From contig JAGXAG010000002.1 of NCBI GenBank assembly GCA_018971685.1, forward strand, positions 2,276-66,275: DNA of 64,000 nt. Reading direction: 5' to 3'. Below, piece by piece: positions 9,368 through 17,511 of the stretch; position 1 is the stretch's first letter, and every line of letters begins with the position of its first letter. Origin of the DNA: Patescibacteria group bacterium (GTDB taxonomy: Bacteria > Patescibacteriota > Minisyncoccia > Phycocordibacterales > PALSA-1337). The position numbers were made by a program, and so were the translations under genes. The notes beneath the pieces were generated by a model that was not told where the DNA came from, ran no database searches, and saw nothing but the letters and a program-made list of their open reading frames with translations.

Positions 9368-9427
9368 CCAAGTTCGATGGTATCAAGGGCTCGCCCCGGC
9401 GCATCGGCTATATGATATAATAATGCC

Positions 9428-10705
9428 ATGTCAGTATCCGAGGCCATCTCTTTTGTCATAAATAATTTTCAATCGGGCGCCTGGCCGACCATCGTCGATA
9501 TTCTGATCACGGTCGCGCCGATATTCTTGGCGGTCATACTGTTCCGCATCATGTGGGACCTCTGGGTACAGTATATTCGCGCCAAGAATTACATGGCGGC
9601 CGAAAGGATCGTGCTGGAATTGCGCTTGCCGAAAGACACTTACAAATCGCCTTTGGCAATGGAAACTTTTCTGAACGCGCTTCACAATACATCAGATGGC
9701 AGTAAATATGCGCAATTTTGGCAAGGCAATGTGCGGCCATATTTTTCATTGGAATTGGTATCGATCGAAGGCGCGGTAAAGTTTTTCCTCTGGATGGAAA
9801 AGATACGCAAAACCAATCTGATTTCGGCGCTATATTCTCAATTTCCAGAAATTGAAGTCTCTGAAAGAGAAGATTATGCCAAGAGTGTTCATTTCGATCC
9901 GAAAGTGACCAGGATTTGGGGCGGCGAATTTGTCTTTACCAAGAAAGACCATGAACCGTATCCGATCAAGACTTATGTCGATTATGGCTTGGACAAAGAC
10001 CCGAAAGAAGAATACAAGATTGATCCGTTGACGCCGCTTTTGGAATGGCTTGGCAGCGTGCCGCCGAACCAGCAAGCTTGGGTCCAGATCATTATCAGAG
10101 CGCACAAAAAAGCCAGAAAGAAGGGGCATATATTCAAGGAAACGGATGTCTGGGAAGACGACATTAAAAAGCTGATCAATGAGACAATGATCCGCAACGA
10201 AAAAACAAAAATTACCGGTGCTCCGACGAAAGAAGGCGAATTTCCACGCCCGCCAACTTTGTCTGAAGGCGAGAAGAAGTCTTTGGAAGCGCTCGAACGG
10301 CGGCTTACCAAACATCCATTCGATGTCGGCATACGCGCCGTGTATATTTCTCCGAAAGACGAATTTGACACCCCGTATGTCTTGGGCGGCATTATCGGCA
10401 GTTTCAAACATTTCTCATCTGCAAATCTGAACGGTTTCAAGCCGAACGGCAAAGTCTGGCACGGCCGGCTTGATTATCCTTGGCAAGATTTTCGCAATTA
10501 CAGGAGGAATTTGTACAGCAAACAGGCGCTCATGGCGTACAAGCGCCGGTCGTATTTCTATCCGCCGTTCCAGAGAAAACCGATAGTCATGAATTCGGAA
10601 GAATTGGCGACGATTTACCACTTCCCGGGCAGTGTTGCGGCAACGCCTTCGCTGGAAAGAGTGCCGTCGAAGAAGGCGCAAGCGCCGGCGAATTTGCCGA
10701 TGTAG
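9428..10705 (+). CDS. Hypothetical membrane-anchored protein (N-terminal TM, 425 aa)
   Basis: Hydrophobic segment PTIVDILITVAPIFLAVILF near the N-terminus. Rest is hydrophilic with no motif I recognise. Confidence 0.5.
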   Translation: MSVSEAISFVINNFQSGAWPTIVDILITVAPIFLAVILFRIMWDLWVQYIRAKNYMAAERIVLELRLPKDTYKSPLAMETFLNALHNTSDGSKYAQFWQGNVRPYFSLELVSIEGAVKFFLWMEKIRKTNLISALYSQFPEIEVSEREDYAKSVHFDPKVTRIWGGEFVFTKKDHEPYPIKTYVDYGLDKDPKEEYKIDPLTPLLEWLGSVPPNQQAWVQIIIRAHKKARKKGHIFKETDVWEDDIKKLINETMIRNEKTKITGAPTKEGEFPRPPTLSEGEKKSLEALERRLTKHPFDVGIRAVYISPKDEFDTPYVLGGIIGSFKHFSSANLNGFKPNGKVWHGRLDYPWQDFRNYRRNLYSKQALMAYKRRSYFYPPFQRKPIVMNSEELATIYHFPGSVAATPSLERVPSKKAQAPANLPM

Positions 10706-10715
10706 TTGTAATAAA

Positions 10716-10772
10716 TACGATCGTTGTTAGGATACGAATATACGAATGATACAAATGATGCGAATAATACGA
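10716..10772. repeat. Short tandem 8-9 nt repeat, (G/A)ATACGAAT-like, about 5 copies, overlapping the 5' end of mltG
   Basis: gatacgaat atacgaat gatacaaat gatgcgaat aatacgaat, read directly. Confidence 0.4.
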
Positions 10773-11726
10773 ATGGGCAAAAGAAATATGTGGTATTTGG
10801 CGATAGTAGCGCTGTGTGTTTTTGGCGCGGGCGCGATCGTGACTTATGCATCGATACCTCCGGCGGATTTTCCCAAGGATGCGACGATGACGATAGAGAA
10901 GAACATGACGCTGTCGCAGGCGGCGGATCTCTTGGCCAAAAAAGACATTATCAAGTCGCCTGTCCTATTCAAGGCCTTTGTGGTAATGCTCGGCGGAAAC
11001 AATAAGATATTGGCAGGCGATTATCTTTTCAGTTCGGCGCAGTCGGCGCTGCGCATCGCTTACCGGCTGGTTCACGGCGACCAAGGCGTTGCCAGGATCA
11101 AAGTGACCATTCCGGAAGGCATTGCTTCGCCGGACATCGCGCGGTTATTGGCGAAAGATATCCCCGGTTTTGACTCGGCGGATTTTTTGAAAATCGCCAA
11201 ACCGCAAGAGGGGTATTTATTTCCGGATACTTACTTTTTCTACGAGAATGTTACGCCGCAGGAAGTCGTTGACCAGATGAGGGCCAATTTTAACGCTCAG
11301 GAACGGAAATTTTCGTTCGCAGTTACTATGTCCGGAAGATCGGAAGGCGATGTTGTGAAGATGGCTTCGATTCTGGAGAAAGAAGCGACTTCAACCACCG
11401 ATCGACGCATTATTGCGGGAATTCTGTGGAAGCGCTTGGCGGATGGCATGCCGCTCCAAGTAGATCCGCCGTTTTTCTATATTCTGGGCAAAACCTCATC
11501 TCAACTGACAGTTGCGGATTTAGCGGTTGATTCGCCGTACAATCTCTACAAAAACAAAGGCTTGCCGCCGACGCCGATAGGGAATCCGGGTTTGGATGCG
11601 ATCGAGGATGCCCTGAATCCGACAGCGACTGACTATTGGTTCTATTTGGCGGACGCGCACGGCGTCACGCATTATGCCACCAATCATGAGGGGCACTTGG
11701 CGAATATTCAAAAGTATTTGCAGTGA
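10746..11726 (+). CDS. mltG: Endolytic murein transglycosylase MltG (YceG-like)
   Basis: N-terminal signal anchor. Characteristic C-terminal motif YNLYKNKGLPPTPIGNPG. The start is ambiguous (ATGs at 10746, 10773 and 10788) because of the upstream tandem repeat. Confidence 0.8.
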   Translation: MIQMMRIIRMGKRNMWYLAIVALCVFGAGAIVTYASIPPADFPKDATMTIEKNMTLSQAADLLAKKDIIKSPVLFKAFVVMLGGNNKILAGDYLFSSAQSALRIAYRLVHGDQGVARIKVTIPEGIASPDIARLLAKDIPGFDSADFLKIAKPQEGYLFPDTYFFYENVTPQEVVDQMRANFNAQERKFSFAVTMSGRSEGDVVKMASILEKEATSTTDRRIIAGILWKRLADGMPLQVDPPFFYILGKTSSQLTVADLAVDSPYNLYKNKGLPPTPIGNPGLDAIEDALNPTATDYWFYLADAHGVTHYATNHEGHLANIQKYLQ

Positions 11727-11832
11727 CGGTTTTCAGTCCAAGGTCGAACCTTGGATACATACAAGTAAATAGGCAAGCGCGTGGCTTGCCTATTGGAAGG
11801 CGCTGTTTCTCACGCAACCCTGCCCTTGTTGA

Positions 11833-12234
11833 CTATCGAGCAGAAGCGAGTGAGTTATGGATGTTGCTTGCCAATACGAATGTTGGACCGCTGATAGCCG
11901 ATTTCAGATCGGTTAGGCTGAACGGTTTCGTTAAATAAAAACCACCAGCGTCATTGATCCGATCTCCGTCATTCGCCACGCCATCTGACATGATGATTAT
12001 TGGCTGGAATGGCGAGAGTTCTTTGGCGCTTCTGCACAATGCCAATCCGGCGTTCTGATGCCCAACATCGATGTCGGTGATGGTCAGTGACACATCATTT
12101 TGTGTCAGGAATTGGTAAGCTTGTTCCACATCACTGTGTATTTCGACTTGATACCCAAGTCTACTCAATGAATGAGCAATCAGTTCACGGAGATCCTTTT
12201 CAGTCGATACTACGAGCGCTAACGATCTATTCAT
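11833..12234 (-). CDS. Orphan response regulator, receiver (CheY-like) domain only
   Basis: LALVVSTEKD...ITDIDVGHQNAGL...IIMSD...LTKPFSL has the D, D, T, K pattern of REC domains. Start taken at the internal Met (MNRSLALVV). Confidence 0.8.
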   Translation of the reverse strand: MNRSLALVVSTEKDLRELIAHSLSRLGYQVEIHSDVEQAYQFLTQNDVSLTITDIDVGHQNAGLALCRSAKELSPFQPIIIMSDGVANDGDRINDAGGFYLTKPFSLTDLKSAISGPTFVLASNIHNSLASAR

Positions 12235-12280
12235 ATGTATTGTGTTGTTCAAGTTTAACTTATTTGATATCATAACTGAC

Positions 12281-13471
12281 ATGAAAAGTCAAGGAAAAAA
12301 GGTTTTTGTCGGCCTTTCGGGCGGCGTGGACAGCGCGGTTTCGGCGGCTTTGCTGAAAAAGATGGGTTACGAAGTCACGGGTGTTTTCATCAAAGTATGG
12401 CAGCCGGATTGGATCGAATGCAGTTGGCGGGAAGAGCGGCGGGACGCGATGAGAGCGGCGGCGCATTTGGGCATACCGTTCGTCACGCTCGACTTGGATC
12501 GAGAATATAAACAGGGCGTGATCGATTATATGCTTGCGGAATACGAGCAAGGCCGGACACCGAATCCGGATGTAATGTGCAATCGCAAGGTCAAATTTGG
12601 GGCTTTTTACGATTGGGCGATGTTAAATGGCGCAGATTTCGTGGCGACTGGTCATTATGCGCGGATACGCATACCCGGGATCGAAAAACCTCCGACCGTC
12701 GAGCCGGCGACCAGTGTTTCCCGGCGCGAGCGCAAGCTGGCCGGGACGGAAACACTTCGTCGCGACGAGGAGGGAGAGGGTTTTTCACTGATGGCTGGAC
12801 GCGATCAAAATAAAGACCAGTCGTATTTCCTGTGGACGCTAAAACAAGAACAATTGCCGCGTATATTATTTCCGGTCGGAGACTTAACCAAGCCGGAAGT
12901 CAGGAAGTTGGCGGAAAAATTAGGGCTGCCAAATGCCGGCAAAAAAGACAGCCAGGGATTGTGTTTTATCGGCAAAATCGACCTTAAGGAATTTTTGGCT
13001 CATTATGTCAAAACCGAGCGGGGGAATGTGCTGGACGAATCGGGGGGAATTATCGGTACGCATCCCGGAGCTTTATTCTTTACGATGGGTGAAAGACACG
13101 GGTTTACGGTCGACAAGAAGACGCGAGATGCAGACAAACTTTATGTCATCGATAAGGACATGGATCAAAACACGATAACAGTGGCGGCTCGCGCGCGCGG
13201 TAACTTCCCGAGCGCCGGTGACATGAGTCGGACTGTTCGCATAAGCCAAGTCAATTGGATAATGGGCAGTGCCCCGGAAGGATATATTGGCGTAAAAACA
13301 TTGCAAGCGCGCGGACGGTATAGGCAAACATTGGAAAGCGTGATCATAAAATCCATAGGATTGACTGAAGCTGCAGTGGAATTTGAAAAGCCTCAAAAGA
13401 CCGCGACATCCGGGCAGTCATTGGTCATTTATGATGGCGATGAATGTCTGGGCGGCGGCGTGATCGACTAA
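12281..13471 (+). CDS. mnmA: tRNA-specific 2-thiouridylase
   Basis: PP-loop VFVGLSGGVDSAVSAALL. Conserved MnmA core with catalytic Cys residues. Start at MKSQGKK. Confidence 0.9.
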   Translation: MKSQGKKVFVGLSGGVDSAVSAALLKKMGYEVTGVFIKVWQPDWIECSWREERRDAMRAAAHLGIPFVTLDLDREYKQGVIDYMLAEYEQGRTPNPDVMCNRKVKFGAFYDWAMLNGADFVATGHYARIRIPGIEKPPTVEPATSVSRRERKLAGTETLRRDEEGEGFSLMAGRDQNKDQSYFLWTLKQEQLPRILFPVGDLTKPEVRKLAEKLGLPNAGKKDSQGLCFIGKIDLKEFLAHYVKTERGNVLDESGGIIGTHPGALFFTMGERHGFTVDKKTRDADKLYVIDKDMDQNTITVAARARGNFPSAGDMSRTVRISQVNWIMGSAPEGYIGVKTLQARGRYRQTLESVIIKSIGLTEAAVEFEKPQKTATSGQSLVIYDGDECLGGGVID

Positions 13472-13529
13472 CGAGGTTGGTCCTCGAGGACTAACTTCGT
13501 TAGTTTTGCGTGTGTTATACTGTTCCACA

Positions 13530-14378
13530 ATGAATCATCTCGTAACCATCACAAAATCCGACGGCGCCAAGCAGTTATTCGAGGAACAAAAATTGGTCAA
13601 TTCGCTGAGCAAGGCCGGTGCTTCAAAGCAGGCCGTAGACGAAGTGGTGGCGGAAATCGAGCGCGAAATGTGGGAAGGAATGCCGACGGCGGATATTTAC
13701 AAGCGGGCGTTCGATTTGTTGCGTAAACAATCCCATCACGCCGCTCTGAAATATTCGATTCGCAGGGCGATATTCGATCTCGGGCCCGACGGCTTCCCGT
13801 TCGAAAAATTCGTGGCGCGCATTTTCAATGTCTGGGGCTATGAAGCTGTGACCGATCAGACGCTTATGGGCACTTGTGGCGTGGAGCATGAAGTAGATGT
13901 GGTGGCGTGGAAGGGCGACGAATTGGCGATGACGGAGGCGAAATTCCACAACGAGATCGGCCTGCGGTCGGACTTGAAGGTGTCGCTCTATGTCAAAGCG
14001 CGCTTCGACGACCTGGCGGACAACTTCTTCGATTATGGCGGCAAGCCGCGCAAACTCTCTTCGCGCTGGCTCTTCACCAACACCAAATTCACGGATTCAG
14101 CGGTGAAATACGGCGAATGCAAGGACATTCACATGATCGGCTGGAATCATCCGGCCAAAGGCAATTTGCACGAGCTCGTCGAAGAACACGCTTTGCACCC
14201 GATCACTTCTTTGCCGTCATTATCGCATCAGCAAAAGAGGGATTTGCTCGGGCATGACATTCTTGTCTGTTCAGATATCGTCAAAAATCCCGGCGCCCTG
14301 CATTCCATCGGCCTGAATGACGAAGCGGCCAGAATGGTTGTGAAGGAGGCGAGGATGATAGTTGATTCGGTGAAATAA
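13530..14378 (+). CDS. ATP-cone domain fused to a restriction-endonuclease-fold (Mrr_cat-like) nuclease
   Basis: N-terminus VTITKSDGAKQLFEEQKLVNSLSKAG...IEREMWEG resembles the ATP-cone (NrdR/RNR allosteric) domain. It is followed by FEKFVARIFNVWGYEAV...GVEHEVDVVAW...AMTEAKF, the D...E.K motif of the Mrr/PD-(D/E)xK fold. Confidence 0.65.
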   Translation: MNHLVTITKSDGAKQLFEEQKLVNSLSKAGASKQAVDEVVAEIEREMWEGMPTADIYKRAFDLLRKQSHHAALKYSIRRAIFDLGPDGFPFEKFVARIFNVWGYEAVTDQTLMGTCGVEHEVDVVAWKGDELAMTEAKFHNEIGLRSDLKVSLYVKARFDDLADNFFDYGGKPRKLSSRWLFTNTKFTDSAVKYGECKDIHMIGWNHPAKGNLHELVEEHALHPITSLPSLSHQQKRDLLGHDILVCSDIVKNPGALHSIGLNDEAARMVVKEARMIVDSVK

Positions 14379-14381
14379 TTT

Positions 14382-14573
14382 ATGGAAAATATCAAAGATG
14401 AAGTTAGGAAGTTTATGAAAGAGCGCGACTGGCTCAATCAGCCACGGCTGGCAGACTTCGAGAGGCGCCACTTGGGAAGCTGACCAGTGCCGAAAACTCG
14501 GTATCATGGTAAACGAACTACCCGCCGAGTTTACCGAACGAGCGATGGGCAGAGCGCGGTACAGTTGAATCTG
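14382..14573 (+). pseudogene. Remnant of a MazG-like nucleoside-triphosphate pyrophosphohydrolase (frameshifted or truncated)
   Basis: ATG at 14382 encodes MENIKDEVRKFMKERDWLNQPRLADFERRHLGS then stops. This resembles the N-terminus of small MazG/YpjD-type NTP-PPases. In the +1 frame, KLGIMVNELPAEFTERAMGRA resembles the second helix. Total length is far too short for an intact protein. Confidence 0.3.
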
Positions 14574-14593
14574 TTTATTCATTTTCGGTCAGC

Positions 14594-14620
14594 AACCAGC
14601 CCTCGCGGGCTGGTTTTTTG
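14594..14620 (+). terminator. Rho-independent terminator (AACCAGCCC-TCGC-GGGCTGGTT + TTTTTT)
   Basis: Perfect 9-bp stem, 4-nt loop and T-tract, read directly. Confidence 0.6.
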
Positions 14621-14645
14621 ACAAAATCCTATAGAAGAATACAAT
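14618..14645 (+). promoter_or_regulatory. Candidate sigma70 promoter TTGACA - 16 nt - TACAAT upstream of the UDG gene
   Basis: Consensus -35 hexamer overlapping the terminator T-tract. Near-consensus -10. Predicted TSS about 14652, giving a leader of about 105 nt. Confidence 0.4.
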
Positions 14646-14661
14646 CTCTAGTATTAAAAGC

Positions 14662-14698
14662 GGAAACCCCGACTGGCGGGGTTTCCTCGGGGCTCCCC
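14662..14698 (+). promoter_or_regulatory. Stable hairpin(s) in the predicted 5' leader of the UDG gene
   Basis: GGAAACCCCG-ACTGG-CGGGGTTTCC (10-bp stem) followed by the GGGGCTCCCC mini-palindrome and AAAAAGGAGC. Confidence 0.35.
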
Positions 14699-14756
14699 AA
14701 AAAGGAGCTTAATAGTAATAATATAGCGGGTTAAAAATCAAAAGTCAAGCACATCG

Positions 14757-15365
14757 ATGACCAAATACGATCAAATGAAGGCGATTCGCGACGAACTGTT
14801 GGTTTTCGAACAATCACCATTGTATGAATACAGAACGGCGAATAAATATTTTCCGGTGGTGGGCGAGGGCAGCCATGACGCGGCAATAATGTTTGTGGGC
14901 GAAGCGCCCGGATTGAATGAAGCCAAAACAGGCAAACCGTTTTGCGGAGCCGCGGGCAAATTCTTGACTGAACTTTTCGAGAGCATAGGCGTCAAGCGCG
15001 AACAGGTTTATGTCACCAATATCGTCAAAGACCGTCCGCCCGAAAACCGCGATCCCACGCCCGAAGAAATCGCCCTCTACTCGCCATTCTTGGACAGGCA
15101 GGTGAAAATAATACAGCCAAAAGTCATCGCCACCCTTGGCCGGCACAGCATGGGCTATGTCATGCGCCGCTACGATCTCGACCTGGAATTGGACGCCATC
15201 AGCAAAATTCACGGCAAGTCATTCGAAACCGCTTTTATCGACGACGATAATAAACCGCAGCCGCTGACGATTGTCACCTTGTATCACCCTGCGAGCGCGC
15301 TCTACAACGGCGGCATGAGGGAGACGCATAAAAAGGATTTTGAGATTTTGAGGAAGTATGCTTAA
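14757..15365 (+). CDS. Uracil-DNA glycosylase, family 4/5 type
   Basis: Motif GEAPGLNEAKTGKPFCGAAGKFL is the GEAPG...G.PF.G.AG signature of family-4/5 UDGs. C-terminal HPAS-like region. Confidence 0.8.
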   Translation: MTKYDQMKAIRDELLVFEQSPLYEYRTANKYFPVVGEGSHDAAIMFVGEAPGLNEAKTGKPFCGAAGKFLTELFESIGVKREQVYVTNIVKDRPPENRDPTPEEIALYSPFLDRQVKIIQPKVIATLGRHSMGYVMRRYDLDLELDAISKIHGKSFETAFIDDDNKPQPLTIVTLYHPASALYNGGMRETHKKDFEILRKYA

Positions 15366-15374
15366 TATTAGTTC

Positions 15375-17210
15375 ATGAATAAAACACAAAAAGCCGTATT
15401 ACAATTTGATTCCGGTGATAAGCTACTCGAGTATCTCAATTCAAACTATTCGAGGTTACATAAAAAATATGAAGATGCGTTTTGGATCTCCTATATGGGC
15501 GATCATAGCGTCGATGATAGTATGAATACGGCTCAAAAGGAGAGAGACTCATTCAGGGCCGACGCAGCGTTAAAAGCAGAAGTTGAAAGATTGATAAAAA
15601 GATCCAAGGACGAGACACGGAAACGGTTGAAGATTTGGAACCGCTTCTTCAGTCTGTATCAAGTGCCTCCTGAGGCTGTTCCGATAAAGGCTAAAATAGC
15701 CGTTTTGGAAGCGAAAATCATGCAAAAACGCTCAAGCAGAAAAGAAGGATACATAGATCATAAGACCGGTAAATTCGTAGAATCTTCTGAAAATAAAATG
15801 CGCATGATAATGAGGACAGATCCCGATGAAAGCGTAAGAAAAGCATGTTTCGTCGCCATGGAAAAATTGCCGAGCGATACTATCGGCGATTATATAAAAG
15901 TAGTCAAATTGCGCAATCAATTTGCCAGAGTTCAAGGATTTAACGATTTTTACGAGTACAAAGCGCGTATTGACGAGGATATGACCAAGAATGAATTATT
16001 CAAAATCTTTGACGATATCTACAAAAAGACCAAATACGGTTTCAAAAATATTCGTGCGATCGAAAAAAGTAAGCCCGGCCTGCGCAAGCCTTGGAATTTC
16101 GCTTATATGATGGCCGGCGATTTTGTCAAAGAAGAAGACCAATACTTTCGCTTCGAGAATGTGCTCGACTATTGGGGGAGATCGTTCGCGGCGCTCGGAA
16201 TAGATTTCAAAGGAGGCAAAGTCACATTGGATCTCCTGGACAGGAAAGGGAAGTGGAACAACGGTTTTTGCCATTATCCGGATCTTGTAAATTATAAAAA
16301 TGGCAAAAGATTGCCTGGTTCGAGCAATTTCGCTTCGAATGCCATTCCAAAACAAGTCGGCTCAGGAATACAAGGCATTCATACTGTTTTCCATGAGGGC
16401 GGACACGCGGCAGATCGCCTGAATTCGTTTCAGAAAGATGTTTGTATCAATACGGAGTATCCGCCCAGTACAGTATCGTGGGCGGAAACTCAAAGCATGT
16501 TTCTTGACGCGATTCCGGATAGTATAGAGTGGCGAGTCAGATACGCCAAGAACGCCGACGGCATAGCGTATCCTTTCGAATTGTATGAACGGAAATTACG
16601 CGCCTTGTTTCCGTTGAGGCCGCTTGAACTCATGAGCATGTGTTTTGTTGTGAATTTTGAAAAGGAGATTTACGAATGTCCTAATCTCACGAAAACATTT
16701 GTGATCAAAACCGCCAAAAATAACTTCAAAAAGTATTTTGACCGGTCTGAAGATTCTGTCTGGGCGCTCAATGTACCGCACATATACAATTTCGAAAGCT
16801 CGGCGTATTATCATGGCTACGGTTTGGCGGAATTGGGGATACACCAATGGCGAGACTACTTCTTCGATAGATACGGATACATCGTGGATAACCCGAAAGT
16901 TGGTGAAGAAATGTCGAAAATTTGGTCGTACGCATCTTTATATTCGGCCAAGAAATTGATAAAGATGGCTACGAGTAAAAAGTTAAGCCCGGACTCGTTC
17001 ATTCGCCATGTCACAATGCCGCTCGATGAAGTCTTAGCTCTGGCGAAAACCAGAGTTCGCAAGCTTGATAAAGTTCCGGTGTATCGTAAACCCGTCAATC
17101 TTAAAGGTAAAATTATCATGGTGGACGGTAAGAATAAAATCGCAGACAATTCGAAATCCTTCGAGGATATGGAATCAAAATACCGTAAGTGGTTAAACTG
17201 GCACTCTTAG
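15375..17210 (+). CDS. Zinc metallopeptidase, probably M3-family oligoendopeptidase-like
   Basis: HEXXH zinc-binding motif TVFHEGGHA with a downstream Glu (WAETQ) at the expected spacing. At 611 aa the size fits PepF-like enzymes. No signal peptide. Confidence 0.55.
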   Translation: MNKTQKAVLQFDSGDKLLEYLNSNYSRLHKKYEDAFWISYMGDHSVDDSMNTAQKERDSFRADAALKAEVERLIKRSKDETRKRLKIWNRFFSLYQVPPEAVPIKAKIAVLEAKIMQKRSSRKEGYIDHKTGKFVESSENKMRMIMRTDPDESVRKACFVAMEKLPSDTIGDYIKVVKLRNQFARVQGFNDFYEYKARIDEDMTKNELFKIFDDIYKKTKYGFKNIRAIEKSKPGLRKPWNFAYMMAGDFVKEEDQYFRFENVLDYWGRSFAALGIDFKGGKVTLDLLDRKGKWNNGFCHYPDLVNYKNGKRLPGSSNFASNAIPKQVGSGIQGIHTVFHEGGHAADRLNSFQKDVCINTEYPPSTVSWAETQSMFLDAIPDSIEWRVRYAKNADGIAYPFELYERKLRALFPLRPLELMSMCFVVNFEKEIYECPNLTKTFVIKTAKNNFKKYFDRSEDSVWALNVPHIYNFESSAYYHGYGLAELGIHQWRDYFFDRYGYIVDNPKVGEEMSKIWSYASLYSAKKLIKMATSKKLSPDSFIRHVTMPLDEVLALAKTRVRKLDKVPVYRKPVNLKGKIIMVDGKNKIADNSKSFEDMESKYRKWLNWHS

Positions 17211-17306
17211 TTGATTTTGACAGTAATTTTATCTTCTCGCATCTTCAAACCGGCAAGATAACCTCTTACTGTGGCTAAATACAGTAAAGTATATTATCAT
17301 ATATTC

Positions 17307-17504
17307 ATGGCAAAAAGTATTTTTATCGTGACTAGATTAGAGAGATCAGAAATCACCAGGAAGGTTAAATATGACATAATCGCTCAAAATAAAAAAGAAG
17401 CTGTAAAAAAATTAGAAAAGATGGATTATTTATACCGTGAAGCAGATGACGAACTAGAAGAGAATCACTGGAAGCCATTAAAGATTCTTGATGTTATTTA
17501 TTAG
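17307..17504 (+). CDS. Hypothetical small protein (65 aa) in an AT-rich segment upstream of alaS
   Basis: Intact ORF, Lys/Glu-rich, AT-rich codon usage unlike neighbouring genes. No motif recognised. Confidence 0.3.
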   Translation: MAKSIFIVTRLERSEITRKVKYDIIAQNKKEAVKKLEKMDYLYREADDELEENHWKPLKILDVIY

Positions 17505-17511
17505 AACTAAC

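Noticed and set aside
9830-10452. Minus-strand ORFs of 193 and 156 aa
   Set aside because: Antisense to the 425-aa membrane-protein gene. No support for either being real.
11723-11938. 71-aa plus-strand ORF between mltG and the response regulator
   Set aside because: Overlaps the response-regulator 3' end antisense and the hairpin-containing intergenic region. No coding signal.
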